A stretch of 25,227 bases of DNA from Archangium sp. GTDB lineage: Bacteria; Myxococcota; Myxococcia; Myxococcales; Myxococcaceae. The notes under the pieces are model-generated. The model worked only from the letters and a program-made list of their open reading frames with translations, did no database searches and was not told the DNA's origin. A program made the position numbers and the translations under genes. Location of the stretch: positions 1 through 25,227 of the forward strand of contig JANLPS010000179.1 in NCBI GenBank assembly GCA_031367385.1, given 5' to 3'. How positions within the stretch are numbered: position 1 is the first letter of the stretch; the number at the start of each line of letters is the position of its first letter. Shown here piece by piece: positions 1 through 9,051 of the stretch.

Positions 1-512
1 CCGTCGATGACCGCGTCGAACGCTTCGGTCGCCAGCACCGCGAGCACCAGCTGCCCGAGCCGGCACTTCGGAGTGGCGCCCAACGTCTGGTGCACCTGCT
101 CGAGGTTCTTCTCGATGGTCTTGAAGTAAGGCTCGAACCTCGCCGCCGCCGCGTAGTGCCGCACGGCCTCTCGGTAGAAGTGAAGCTGCGCGTACGCGCC
201 AGCGATGATGTTCAGGCACGACGCGCTCACTAAAGGGTGCCGCGACATCAGCTCGCGCGCCTGCACAATGGCCCGTACGAACTTCTTCTCGTCGAGCAGC
301 GCGGTGGTCTGCTGCAGCGCCTCCACCACCGAGCCGTGCGAGCCGGTCTCGAAGCGGTGCGCCTGCTCCGAGTCGAGGGCCCCCCGAAATGCCGCCAAGT
401 CAGGCAGTGGCGCGCTGACCGCCGGGTCGGTGACCCGCTGCGCGATGCTCCTCGCGGCTTCGGCGAAATCAGTGCTCGAGGTGACTTGAAAGAGCCCGCT
501 CAGGTAGGCCAT
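1..512 (-). CDS. TPR-like helical protein, partial (3' end runs off the window)
   Basis: Not in the ORF track. Hand-translated from ATG at 512, open to the window edge: MAYLSGLFQVTSSTDFAEAARSIAQ...LLDEKKFVRAIVQARELMSRHPLVSASCLNIIAGAYAQLHFYREAVRHYAAAARFEPYFKTIEKNL. The latter part matches the TPR pattern and third codon positions are GC-rich. Confidence 0.7.
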   Translation of the reverse strand, partial: MAYLSGLFQVTSSTDFAEAARSIAQRVTDPAVSAPLPDLAAFRGALDSEQAHRFETGSHGSVVEALQQTTALLDEKKFVRAIVQARELMSRHPLVSASCLNIIAGAYAQLHFYREAVRHYAAAARFEPYFKTIEKNLEQVHQTLGATPKCRLGQLVLAVLATEAFDAVID

Positions 513-542
513 GCCTGCGTTCTACCATTGCGCGGCGCAGAT

Positions 543-899
543 TCAGTACTGGCGATAGCGGGCGGCCAGCAGCGCACACACCAACGCATACGACAGTGCG
601 GTGTTCGCGAAGAGCAGCGTGAGCGCGACCGATTTCACCGAGTTCAGGCGCTGCTCGACAAACGACGCCACGAAAAGCGCGGCGAACACCACGGGCCAAA
701 GCCACGCCGGGCTCAGCGCGTACTCGAGGTACAGCACTGAAAGCCGGTGAAACCCGCTCGGCTCCCGGCCCTCGTCAAGCCCGGGGAGCACCCGCGCCAC
801 CACGCTCCACACGAAGACCGACATCGCGAACAACGGCACGTACGCCAATCGCCATCGCCAAAGTCCCATGCGGCTGAGCCACAGCATGGGGCGCGCCAC
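543..899 (-). CDS. Small hypothetical membrane protein (about 3 TM); start uncertain
   Basis: 118-aa ORF with hydrophobic stretches (LAYVPLFAMSVFVWSVVA, AWLWPVVFAALFVASFV, VALTLLFANTALSYALVCALLAA). Same strand as and 30 bp from the next gene. Confidence 0.6.
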   Translation of the reverse strand: MARPMLWLSRMGLWRWRLAYVPLFAMSVFVWSVVARVLPGLDEGREPSGFHRLSVLYLEYALSPAWLWPVVFAALFVASFVEQRLNSVKSVALTLLFANTALSYALVCALLAARYRQY

Positions 900-1025
900 C
901 TCATTCTCAGAGCAGCGCGCGCTGCAGCGCCGGTTTTCTCACTGCCAGAGTGGCAACTGCCCACTCGAGTTTTGAGAATTTGGCACTGGGCGAAACGCCG
1001 AGCCGACTCCCTTCGATAACTCGCC

Positions 1026-1709
1026 ATGTCCTCCATTGCCGATGTGAAAACCGCCCTCCGCACCCTTCGAGCCGACGCCAATCTGTACGTCGAAAAAACT
1101 GAAGCGGCGCAGGCCGAAGTGAAGGCCGACCCGTCTCTCAAGAACATCAAGCGCGCGGCCTCGGCGCTCAAAGACGCCTTCTACGTCGACGGCGCCGAGG
1201 TGATCGGGGTCGCCGAGACGCTCGGCCTTCGCTACGGCGTCTCGCCGTACGAGTTCAAAGTGAACGACTGGGTGACCCGCGGCTCGCGCCTGTCATCGCC
1301 CAACGGCTACGCCGGCCTGGTCGACCAGGGCTTCAAGAGCATCGTCGACCTCACCCTCGAAGGTACCGGCGACGCGGTCTACGGCAGGGCCGCCGGCCTG
1401 CGCACCCTCAACGTGAAGATCCTCGACAATGCCGCGCCTACCAGCGCCCAGCTGGTCGAGTTTCTCGACTACGTGACCACCCCCGCGAATCAGCCCGCCT
1501 ACGTGCACTGCGAGCAGGGCAAGGGCCGCACCGGAGTCGCCGTCGCCGCCTACCGCATGGCCGTCGAAGGCCAGAGCATCGAAGCGGCCCTCGAGGAGGC
1601 CAAACGTTTCGGCACCAAGCTCCCAAACCAGCTCGAGGCCATCAAGGCCTTCGGTGCCGAGCTCGCCGCGGGCGCGGTGCCTGGCTACCCGAAGGTCAAG
1701 GCCGACTAA
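1026..1709 (+). CDS. Cys-based protein tyrosine/dual-specificity phosphatase family protein
   Basis: P-loop CX5R motif YVHCEQGKGRTG, upstream GFKSIVDLT and an acid loop (ILDNAAPT), downstream VAAYRMA. Confidence 0.9.
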   Translation: MSSIADVKTALRTLRADANLYVEKTEAAQAEVKADPSLKNIKRAASALKDAFYVDGAEVIGVAETLGLRYGVSPYEFKVNDWVTRGSRLSSPNGYAGLVDQGFKSIVDLTLEGTGDAVYGRAAGLRTLNVKILDNAAPTSAQLVEFLDYVTTPANQPAYVHCEQGKGRTGVAVAAYRMAVEGQSIEAALEEAKRFGTKLPNQLEAIKAFGAELAAGAVPGYPKVKAD

Positions 1710-1767
1710 GCCCACCAGGCCTGATGGGTGTCGCCTCGCCCGACGGCCTGCGCTATGTGCTTCTGCC

Positions 1768-2118
1768 ATGGCGAAGGCGGCGAAAAAGGCGACCATCGAC
1801 ATCGAAGCCGGCAAGCCCGCCAATTCGTACCTGGCGGCCGCCTACCACAGCTTCGAACATGGCGATGAGGTGCGCACGCGGGCGTTCGCGCAGCAGGTGC
1901 TCGACGGGCACGCGACTCCGGCCGACCCTGAGGCTGCGAAGTACCTCTCGGCGCTGCTCTCGACGCCCGCCCACCCGGTCAAAGACCTGCCCGAAGACGT
2001 CGCCGCCGAGCTCATTTCTCGCACCAAGGTGCCGCTCAAGCCCTTCGCGTTCACGTTGCTGGCCTCGGGTGTCTTCGTGCTGCTGCTCACGCTCGCCCTG
2101 ACGCGGTACGGGGCCTAG
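1768..2118 (+). CDS. Hypothetical protein with one C-terminal TM helix (116 aa); first gene of operon
   Basis: Start reassigned to ATG 1768 (MAKAAKKA...) because the track start at 1654 overlaps the phosphatase gene. C-terminal FAFTLLASGVFVLLLTLAL. 5 bp to the next gene. Confidence 0.75.
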   Translation: MAKAAKKATIDIEAGKPANSYLAAAYHSFEHGDEVRTRAFAQQVLDGHATPADPEAAKYLSALLSTPAHPVKDLPEDVAAELISRTKVPLKPFAFTLLASGVFVLLLTLALTRYGA

Positions 2119-2123
2119 CGCGA

Positions 2124-2858
2124 GTGGAGACGCTGCAGCGAGCCTTCGAGCCGTACCGCCACTACGACCCGCTGGGGTGGGTCGGGTTGTTTCGCTATTT
2201 GCCAGTGTGGGCGGGCCTCATCGCCATGGTGCTGGGCGCCCTGATGATGCTCTTTGGCGGCGGCAAGCTGTTTCGGGTGGTCGCCGCCCCGCTCGGCGCG
2301 TTGATCGGCATGATCTGGGTGCCCACGGTCGTCGGCCGCTTGGGCATCTCAGCGCCGGCGCCGCAGGTGACCCTCGCGGCGGCCATCACCCTGGCCCTGG
2401 TCGGCGTGCTCTTCCCCCCCGGGGTGGTGTTCTTCGCGTTCGGCATGCCGATCGGGCTCATCGCCGCCCAACTGGTGGGACCCACCGATTGGCTGTTGGC
2501 GTTCTTGCCCGGCTTCATCATCGGAGGCGCCGTCGGCATCGTGCTCCACACCGTCGTCAGCTCGATTCTCTCGGCAGCGGTGGGTGCATGGGCGCTGGTG
2601 CTGGGCCTGCTCGCGGTGCTCAACCCCTTCGTCGGCTCGGTCGGCACGCTGGCGCAGACACCGGTGGTGGTCTTCGCGATCACCGCCTGCTTCGCGGTCG
2701 CGGGGGCGGCGTATCAATTGTTGCTGCGCGGGCCTCCTGAAGAGCTCGAGAAGCACAAGCGCGAGCGCCAGCTGCTGCGCAAGAAGCTCAAAGAAGATCG
2801 CGCGCTCGAGAAGCGCTGGTCGAACTACACCAAAAACTCGAAGAAGAAGGGCGGCTGA
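2124..2858 (+). CDS. Multi-pass membrane protein, DUF4203/TMEM198-like, with basic C-terminal tail
   Basis: About 7 Gly-rich hydrophobic helices. GALMMLFGGGKLFR and ILSAAVGAW resemble the DUF4203 pattern. Lys/Arg-rich tail. Confidence 0.7.
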   Translation: METLQRAFEPYRHYDPLGWVGLFRYLPVWAGLIAMVLGALMMLFGGGKLFRVVAAPLGALIGMIWVPTVVGRLGISAPAPQVTLAAAITLALVGVLFPPGVVFFAFGMPIGLIAAQLVGPTDWLLAFLPGFIIGGAVGIVLHTVVSSILSAAVGAWALVLGLLAVLNPFVGSVGTLAQTPVVVFAITACFAVAGAAYQLLLRGPPEELEKHKRERQLLRKKLKEDRALEKRWSNYTKNSKKKGG

Positions 2859-2863
2859 AGGCG

Positions 2864-3607
2864 ATGTCGCTGCGCTTGAGCCGACGTGCCGCGCTCGCCG
2901 CCGCGCTGGGGCTGCCGCTCTCGGCGCGTGCGTTTGGTGACAACGCCCGCTTCGTGCCCGCGGTGATTCAGCACGCCGGCAAGTGGGACACCCGCATCTC
3001 GGGCCTGCGCCGCCTCGCGTGGGACCTGCAGCGTCGCACCTCGATCGAAGTGCTGCTCGACGTGCGCCCGATGCCGCTCGAGAACCCGAAGCTGTTCGAG
3101 CAACCCTTTCTCTATTTGTCGTGCGATGGGCCCCTGCCGCCCTTCAAACAAGCCGAGGTCGAGGCCCTGCGCCGCTATTTGACCTACGGCGGGTTTCTCT
3201 TCGTCGACGCCGTCGATCTCTCAGATGCGTCGGGCTTCGACAGCTCGTTTCGCCACGAGCTGAGCCGGGTGCTGCCGCAGAGCCCGCTCGAGCCGTTGCC
3301 GATGTCGCACGTGGTGTTCAAGAGCTTCTTTCTGCTCGACGCGGCTCCGGGGCGGGCGCTCAACAAGCCGAACCTCGAGGCGGCGTTGCTCAACAAGCGC
3401 TCGGCGGTGATGTACTCACAGAACGACGTCATCGGCGCGCTCAACCGCGACGAGTCGGGCACGTACGAATACGACGCGATGCCGGGTGGTGAGCGGCAAC
3501 GTGAGCTCGCCGCGCGCATGGCCATCAACATCGTGATGTACGCGATGTGCCTCGACTACAAAGACGACGCGGTGCACTTGCCTCTGATCATGAACCGGAG
3601 ACGGTAG
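2864..3607 (+). CDS. DUF4159 domain protein with probable Tat signal peptide
   Basis: N-terminal SRRAAL...ARA twin-arginine signal. Motifs LFEQPFLY, LRRYLTYGGFLFVD, HVVFKSFF, RMAINIVMYAMCLDYKDDAVH are typical of DUF4159. Confidence 0.85.
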   Translation: MSLRLSRRAALAAALGLPLSARAFGDNARFVPAVIQHAGKWDTRISGLRRLAWDLQRRTSIEVLLDVRPMPLENPKLFEQPFLYLSCDGPLPPFKQAEVEALRRYLTYGGFLFVDAVDLSDASGFDSSFRHELSRVLPQSPLEPLPMSHVVFKSFFLLDAAPGRALNKPNLEAALLNKRSAVMYSQNDVIGALNRDESGTYEYDAMPGGERQRELAARMAINIVMYAMCLDYKDDAVHLPLIMNRRR

Positions 3608-3608
3608 A

Positions 3609-5897
3609 GTGGAGTCGCAAGCCGTCGACACCTGGAAGGTCGTCAGCCTCTCGCCCCTGCCGGTGTGGGCGTTGATGCTGCTGGTGGTCGCGCTGGTGCT
3701 CGGCGTGGTGCTCGCGGCGTGGGGCGTTCGCAAAGAGCCCTCGCGGGTGCGGCGCGGGCTGCTCTGGGCGCTGCGCCTGGCTGCCGGCGTGGTCGCGGTG
3801 ATCTTCTTGCTCGAGCCCGGCGTGCGGCGCATGCAGGTCGCGAAGGTGAAGAACCGCGTCGCCGTGCTGGTCGACCGCTCGGCGTCGATGTCGTTTCCCA
3901 CCACGCCGGGGGGGCCGAGCCGCAGCCAGAGCGTCGCCGACGCGCTCGACGCCCTCGCACCGCAGATCGACGCCCTCAAAGATCGATATTCTTTCGACTT
4001 TTTCGGAGTCGACCCGGAGCTCGCCCCCATCTCGGTCGAGACGATTCGCGCTCAACCGCCCACCGCCGGGCGCACCGATTTGCTCTCGGTGATTCGCGCC
4101 CTCAAGGCCGAAGAGAGCGCCTCGACCCGCAAGTTGGCGGGGGTGCTCTGGCTCAGCGATGGCGCCGACAACACCGACCTGGCGCAAGGCATCACGCCGC
4201 GGGCCAAGGCCGGCCTCAAAGACCTGGGAGTGCCGGTCTCGACCGTCGCGGTGGGGCAGGGCGGGCTCAAAGACCTCGCCATCGACGCAGTGCGGGTCGA
4301 CGACTTCGCGTTCGTTCGAAACTCCGTCACCGCCGAGGTCGAGGTGCACGCGCGCGGGTTCGGCGGCAAGTCGGTGCCGGTGGTGCTGCGCCGCGAAGGC
4401 CAGACCGTCGCCACCAAGAACGTGCAGTTCGTCGAAGACGAAGACACCCAGGTCGTGAAGTTCACCTTCACGCCTGACCAGACTGGGCGCTTCGTCTACA
4501 CGGTGTCGATGCCCGTCTTCGCCGACGAGGCCGTGGCCGAGAACAACTCGCGCTCGTTTTCACTCAAGGTCATTCGAGACCGCGTGCGCGTCTTGCTGGT
4601 CGCCGGCCGCCCCACGTGGGACGAACGGTTTTTACGCGGGTTGCTTCGCCAAGACGCCAATGTCGATTTGATCAGCTTCTACATCTTGCGAAATACCAAT
4701 GACGAATCGGGTGCGTATGACGAGCGCAGTGAGCTCTCGCTGATCCCCTTTCCCCACGAAGAGATTTTTCACACCAAGATCGCGACCTTCGATGTGATCA
4801 TGATCATGAACTTCGGCAACGAAGATCGCGGCGTGGCGCTCACCGCCTATGACCGTGACTTGCGCGAATACGTGAACAACGGCGGTGCGCTGGCGTACGT
4901 CGGAGGCGATCGTTCATTCGGAGACTCGAGCGCCGCGGTCAACCCCTTCGCCGACGTCTTGCCGGTCGAGGCGGCGGGCAACGCTGACCTGAGCGTCTTT
5001 AGGCCCAGGCTGACCCCCGAGGGGCTGCGGCACCCGATCACCGCGCTGGTCACTGGCACCACCTCGACCTCCTCAGCGTGGGACGAGCTGCCCCCCTTGC
5101 CCGGCGCCAACATGACCCGCGCCAAGGCTGGAGCGACAGTGCTCCTCGATCACCCCTTCGCCGTCGTCGCGGGCAAGAGCGCTCCAGTGTTGGCGATCTG
5201 GGAGTACGGCCGGGGCCGCTCACTCGCGCTGATGACCGACTCGAGCTGGTACTGGGCCTTCACCTCGCACGTCAACGGAGCCCCCTCGCGCAGCTACGAG
5301 CGCTTCTGGAACAACGCGATTCGCTGGTTGGTTCGCGACCCCGAGCTGACCACCTTGGGCGTGACCGCCGACCCGCCCAGCGTCGAGCCCGGCAAGCCCG
5401 TCTCGATTTCGGTCGTCGCGCGCACGCCCGACTACCAGGCCGCGCCGGGAGCGTTGATCGAGATTGAGTTGCGCTCGGCCGATGACGGCAGGGTCGTCGG
5501 CTCGCAGCAGGTCATCGCCGGGTCTGATGGCACGATGCGAATCGAATTTCCGCCTCCGCCGCCCGGCGCGTACAAGATCGTCGGCAAAGCGTCGAAAGAC
5601 GGGCGCTCGTTGGGCGAGAGCACCGACGCGGTCGCGGTTCGCGCAGTCGGCCCCGAGCTCGCAGATGCACGGGTCAATACGCAGTTGCTCAAAGACCTCG
5701 CGGCCGCTGCCAAGGGCACCTTCTTCGACAGCCCGGGCGCTATTTCATTGAACAAGGTACCGCTCAACGAGCCGCCCCTGGTCGAGGTCGGCCGCTCGAA
5801 AGACCAACCCCTGTGGGACCGGTGGTATTGGCTCGCGTTGATGGTCACCATCGTCGGGGCCGAGTGGGCCCTGCGACGGCGCTTCGGTTACATCTGA
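3609..5897 (+). CDS. Membrane protein with vWA, Ig/CARDB-like and GATase1-like domains
   Basis: Two N-terminal TMs, MIDAS DRSASM...LSDG, Ig-like end EAVAENNSRSF, GATase1-like RVLLVAGRP...YGRGRS...ERFWNNAIRWL, and a C-terminal TM ending AEWALRRRFG. 1 bp after the DUF4159 gene. Confidence 0.85.
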   Translation: MESQAVDTWKVVSLSPLPVWALMLLVVALVLGVVLAAWGVRKEPSRVRRGLLWALRLAAGVVAVIFLLEPGVRRMQVAKVKNRVAVLVDRSASMSFPTTPGGPSRSQSVADALDALAPQIDALKDRYSFDFFGVDPELAPISVETIRAQPPTAGRTDLLSVIRALKAEESASTRKLAGVLWLSDGADNTDLAQGITPRAKAGLKDLGVPVSTVAVGQGGLKDLAIDAVRVDDFAFVRNSVTAEVEVHARGFGGKSVPVVLRREGQTVATKNVQFVEDEDTQVVKFTFTPDQTGRFVYTVSMPVFADEAVAENNSRSFSLKVIRDRVRVLLVAGRPTWDERFLRGLLRQDANVDLISFYILRNTNDESGAYDERSELSLIPFPHEEIFHTKIATFDVIMIMNFGNEDRGVALTAYDRDLREYVNNGGALAYVGGDRSFGDSSAAVNPFADVLPVEAAGNADLSVFRPRLTPEGLRHPITALVTGTTSTSSAWDELPPLPGANMTRAKAGATVLLDHPFAVVAGKSAPVLAIWEYGRGRSLALMTDSSWYWAFTSHVNGAPSRSYERFWNNAIRWLVRDPELTTLGVTADPPSVEPGKPVSISVVARTPDYQAAPGALIEIELRSADDGRVVGSQQVIAGSDGTMRIEFPPPPPGAYKIVGKASKDGRSLGESTDAVAVRAVGPELADARVNTQLLKDLAAAAKGTFFDSPGAISLNKVPLNEPPLVEVGRSKDQPLWDRWYWLALMVTIVGAEWALRRRFGYI

Positions 5898-5904
5898 ACG
5901 AGCA

Positions 5905-6591
5905 TCAGGCCAGGCCGACGAACAGGTTCTGCACGTCGTCGTCTTGATCGAGCTCGTGCAGAAACGCCTCGACCTCTTCGCGCTCTTTGCCTTCGACCGC
6001 GACCGGGTTCTTCGCCTTCCACGCCAGTTGGTGCGACGTGATCGTCCACTTCTGGGCGGTCAGGGTCTTGGCCACCGAGTCGAGGTCGTGGGGCTCGGTA
6101 TAGAACCGGGTGTGGCCCTCTTCAGCGGGCTCGAGATCTTGCGCACCGGCTTCAATCGCCGCGTTCTCGGGGTCGACACCGGCGGGCCCGACGCCTTCGA
6201 TGACGCCGACGTGCTTGAAGTCCCACGCGACGGCGCTCAGCTGGCCTTTGCGAAAGATCGCGCGAATGTTCGTGGCGGTGCGGTTCTTGTTGTCGGTCAG
6301 GCACTCGACGATGACCGGCACCCGGTGAGGGGCAAACCCTTCGTAGACGACCGTGTCGAAGGTCGCTCCGTCGTCGAGCAGGCCGGCGCCCTTCTTGATC
6401 GCGCGCTCGAGCGTGTCTTTGGGCATCGAGGCTCGCTTGGCCTGCTCGATGACGACCCGCAGCTTCGAGTTCGTCTCGGGGTCAGCGCCACCCTTGGCAG
6501 CGACCATGATTTCTTTCGCGAGCTTGCCGAAGATTTTGCCCTTCGCTGCCGCTGCGTCGGTTCGTCCCTTGTGTTTCCACTGAGCGCCCAT
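5905..6591 (-). CDS. yebC: YebC/PmpR (TACO1) family protein
   Basis: [65 protein letters not shown]. Confidence 0.95.
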   Translation of the reverse strand: MGAQWKHKGRTDAAAAKGKIFGKLAKEIMVAAKGGADPETNSKLRVVIEQAKRASMPKDTLERAIKKGAGLLDDGATFDTVVYEGFAPHRVPVIVECLTDNKNRTATNIRAIFRKGQLSAVAWDFKHVGVIEGVGPAGVDPENAAIEAGAQDLEPAEEGHTRFYTEPHDLDSVAKTLTAQKWTITSHQLAWKAKNPVAVEGKEREEVEAFLHELDQDDDVQNLFVGLA

Positions 6592-6635
6592 GTTGCCCGT
6601 CTACCGCAGCCAAAACGTGTGCGACACTGAAGAAA

Positions 6636-7925
6636 ATGGCCAGCGATGACGCAATGCCCAAAAAGGGCTCAACGCTCTATCTCCAGGTTCTCATCGGCAT
6701 TGCGCTCGGTATTTTGCTCGGGTGGGCCAAACCCGACTGGGGCATTGCCCTCAAGCCATTGGGTGACGGGTTCGTCAGGCTGATCAAGCTGTTGATCAGC
6801 CCGATTATTTTTACGACCGTCGTCGCCGGCATCTCGGGCATGGGCAACTTGAAAAAGGTGGGCCGGGTCGGGGCCAAGGCGTTGCTCTGGTTCGAGGCCA
6901 TGACCACGCTCGCCCTGGCGCTCGGTTTCACCATGGTGCACCTCGTACGCCCCGGTGACGGCATTCACGCCAGGGTCGACGCGCTCGACACCTCGACGCT
7001 CGATAAAACGCTCGCTGGGCCCCACCCCAATGGCATCGTCGACCACCTGCTGGCGATGATCCCCGAGAGCTTCGTGGGGGCGTTCGTCAGCGGCGACGTG
7101 CTTCAGGTGCTGGTGCTCGCGGTGCTCACTGGCATCGCCGTCGCGGGGTTGGGCGAAAAAGCCAAGCCGATTACCTCGGCCCTCGACGCGATCGGCAGCG
7201 GCCTGTTCGCCATCGTCTCGGTGGTGATGCGGCTCGCACCGCTCGGCGCCTTCGGAGCAATGGCCTACACCATTGGCACTTATGGTCTCGGCACCCTCGG
7301 TCATTTGCTGGGTTTGATGCTCACCTTTTATGCGACAGCGTTGATCTTCGTGTTGGTGGTGCTGGGTACCGTGTTGCGAATCATCGGCTTGTCGATCTTT
7401 CAGTTACTGCGCTATCTCAAAGACGAGCTGGTGTTGGTGCTGGGCACCTCGTCGTCTGAATCGGCGTTGCCCCGCCTGATGACCAAGCTCGAAGACCTGG
7501 GCTGTGGCTCTGCGGTCGTGCGGCTGGTGGTGCCCACCGGCTACTCGTTCAACCTCGACGGCACGTGTATCTACCTCACCATGGCCGCCGGCTTCGTCGC
7601 GCAGGCGCTCGACGTGCCGCTCACCCTGATGCAGGAGCTCTCGCTGCTGGTGGTGCTGCTGCTCACCTCGAAGGGCGCCGCTGGAGTCACTGGCAGCGGC
7701 TTCATCACCCTCGCGGCGACGCTTCGCTCGACCGGCACCGTGCCCGTGGCCGGGCTCACCCTGCTGCTCGGCATCGATCGCTTCATGTCTGAAGCCCGGG
7801 CGCTCACCAATCTGGTTGGCAACGCGGTCGCGACCATCGTGGTTTCGAAATGGGAGAAAGAATTATCGCTCGATCAAGCCAAGCGGGTTTTGGCTGACCA
7901 CCGCAATTCGAACACAAGAGTATAG
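6636..7925 (+). CDS. dctA: C4-dicarboxylate transporter, DAACS family (alternative start 6654)
   Basis: LYLQVLIGI, KPLGDGF..LIK, LGTSSSESALP, PTGYSFNLDGT, LTSKGAAGVTGSGF, GIDRFMSEARALTN. Confidence 0.95.
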   Translation: MASDDAMPKKGSTLYLQVLIGIALGILLGWAKPDWGIALKPLGDGFVRLIKLLISPIIFTTVVAGISGMGNLKKVGRVGAKALLWFEAMTTLALALGFTMVHLVRPGDGIHARVDALDTSTLDKTLAGPHPNGIVDHLLAMIPESFVGAFVSGDVLQVLVLAVLTGIAVAGLGEKAKPITSALDAIGSGLFAIVSVVMRLAPLGAFGAMAYTIGTYGLGTLGHLLGLMLTFYATALIFVLVVLGTVLRIIGLSIFQLLRYLKDELVLVLGTSSSESALPRLMTKLEDLGCGSAVVRLVVPTGYSFNLDGTCIYLTMAAGFVAQALDVPLTLMQELSLLVVLLLTSKGAAGVTGSGFITLAATLRSTGTVPVAGLTLLLGIDRFMSEARALTNLVGNAVATIVVSKWEKELSLDQAKRVLADHRNSNTRV

Positions 7926-7955
7926 CCGTGGTGCAATTCGTGATAGCAGCGCGGC

Positions 7956-8351
7956 ATGTCTACCCTTGATACCCAAATTCGAAATCGTGTTGAGAGCTTC
8001 GTCGCCGAGCTCACGGGTCTGATTCGCCAGGCCGCGGTCGATGCGGCCGTCTCTGCCCTGAACGGCCAGCGTGGGGCGACGTATACCGGCGCGAAGCGTG
8101 GCCCGAAGCCGGGCGGTGGTGCTGCTGGCCGCAAAGGCACCCGCGTTCGCCGCACCGAGCAGCAGATTCAGAGCACGATGAAGAACGTGCTCGAGTTCAT
8201 CAGCTCGAAGCCGGGCAGCCGGTCTGAAGACATTCGCAGCGGCCTGGGCTTGCCCGCGGCCACGATGGCCGATGCGCTCAAGCGGTTGATGGCCGACAAG
8301 AGCATCAAGTCGAAGGGCCAGCGCCGCGGCACGACCTACGCGAAGGCGTAA
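7956..8351 (+). CDS. Small basic putative DNA-binding protein (N-terminal helix, basic linker, C-terminal winged-helix-like domain)
   Basis: 131 aa. Amphipathic N-terminal helix, Gly/Lys/Arg linker AKRGPKPGGGAAGRKG, and C-terminal VLEFISSKPG-SEDIRSGLGL-MADALKRLMADKSIKSKGQRRGTTY in a wHTH pattern. Confidence 0.8.
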   Translation: MSTLDTQIRNRVESFVAELTGLIRQAAVDAAVSALNGQRGATYTGAKRGPKPGGGAAGRKGTRVRRTEQQIQSTMKNVLEFISSKPGSRSEDIRSGLGLPAATMADALKRLMADKSIKSKGQRRGTTYAKA

Positions 8352-8382
8352 CCGGTGGGCCAGCCGGGGCGTAAGCAGAGTC

Positions 8383-9051
8383 ATGCTCGCTACGCTCCTT
8401 GCCGTGACGATGGCCCAAGCGCCGGTGGTGGTTGAGTTGTTCTCTTCGGAGGGCTGCTCGAGCTGCCCTCAAGCCGAGCGGGCCTTGGCCGCCCTCGAGG
8501 TGCCCGGTTTCGAGGTGCTCGCCCTCGAACGCCACGTCGACTATTGGAATTCGATTGGCTGGGTCGACCCGTTCTCGACCGCCGAAGCGACGCAAGCGCA
8601 GCAACGTGGAGACTCGCTGCGAGGGTGGGGCGTGTACACGCCTCAGCTGATCGTCGACGGGGCCAGCGCATTCTCGAGCGGAGCCAAGCTGCCCAAGGTG
8701 GTTGCCGCGGCGGCGAAGAAGCCCGTGCTGTCGGTCACGGCGACCCTCAAAGGCCGCGTCATCGAAGCGACCCTCACCGACCCGGTGAAGGCGGCGCGCA
8801 TCGAGCTCTTTCTGGTCGAGGCCAAGCTGCTCAGCCACGTGACGAGCGGTGAAAACGCAGGCGAAACGTTGGCCCACGCGCCGGTGGTTCGAGCGACGCG
8901 GCTCGCGCAGAACGCGAAAGCCAGCTTCGAGCTCGACCCGAAATACAAAGTCGCGAACCTCGCCGTGGTGGCCGTGGCTCGCGACAGTGAAGCCGGCCCG
9001 ATTACCGCGGCTGGCAGGGGGGCGCTGCGTGGTTCGACAAGCTCACCATGA
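8383..9051 (+). CDS. DUF1223 thioredoxin-like secreted protein
   Basis: Short signal peptide, VVVELFSSEGCSSCP, HVDYWN.IGW.DPFS, VYTPQLIVDG, V..GENAG.TL.H. Confidence 0.9.
   Translation: MLATLLAVTMAQAPVVVELFSSEGCSSCPQAERALAALEVPGFEVLALERHVDYWNSIGWVDPFSTAEATQAQQRGDSLRGWGVYTPQLIVDGASAFSSGAKLPKVVAAAAKKPVLSVTATLKGRVIEATLTDPVKAARIELFLVEAKLLSHVTSGENAGETLAHAPVVRATRLAQNAKASFELDPKYKVANLAVVAVARDSEAGPITAAGRGALRGSTSSP

Noticed and set aside
205..740. Plus-strand ORFs of 94 and 167 aa
   Set aside because: Shadows of the minus-strand TPR-like and membrane protein genes.
980..1000. Sigma54 promoter at TTGGCAC upstream of the phosphatase gene
   Set aside because: The -24 element is present but there is no correctly spaced TTGC at -12.
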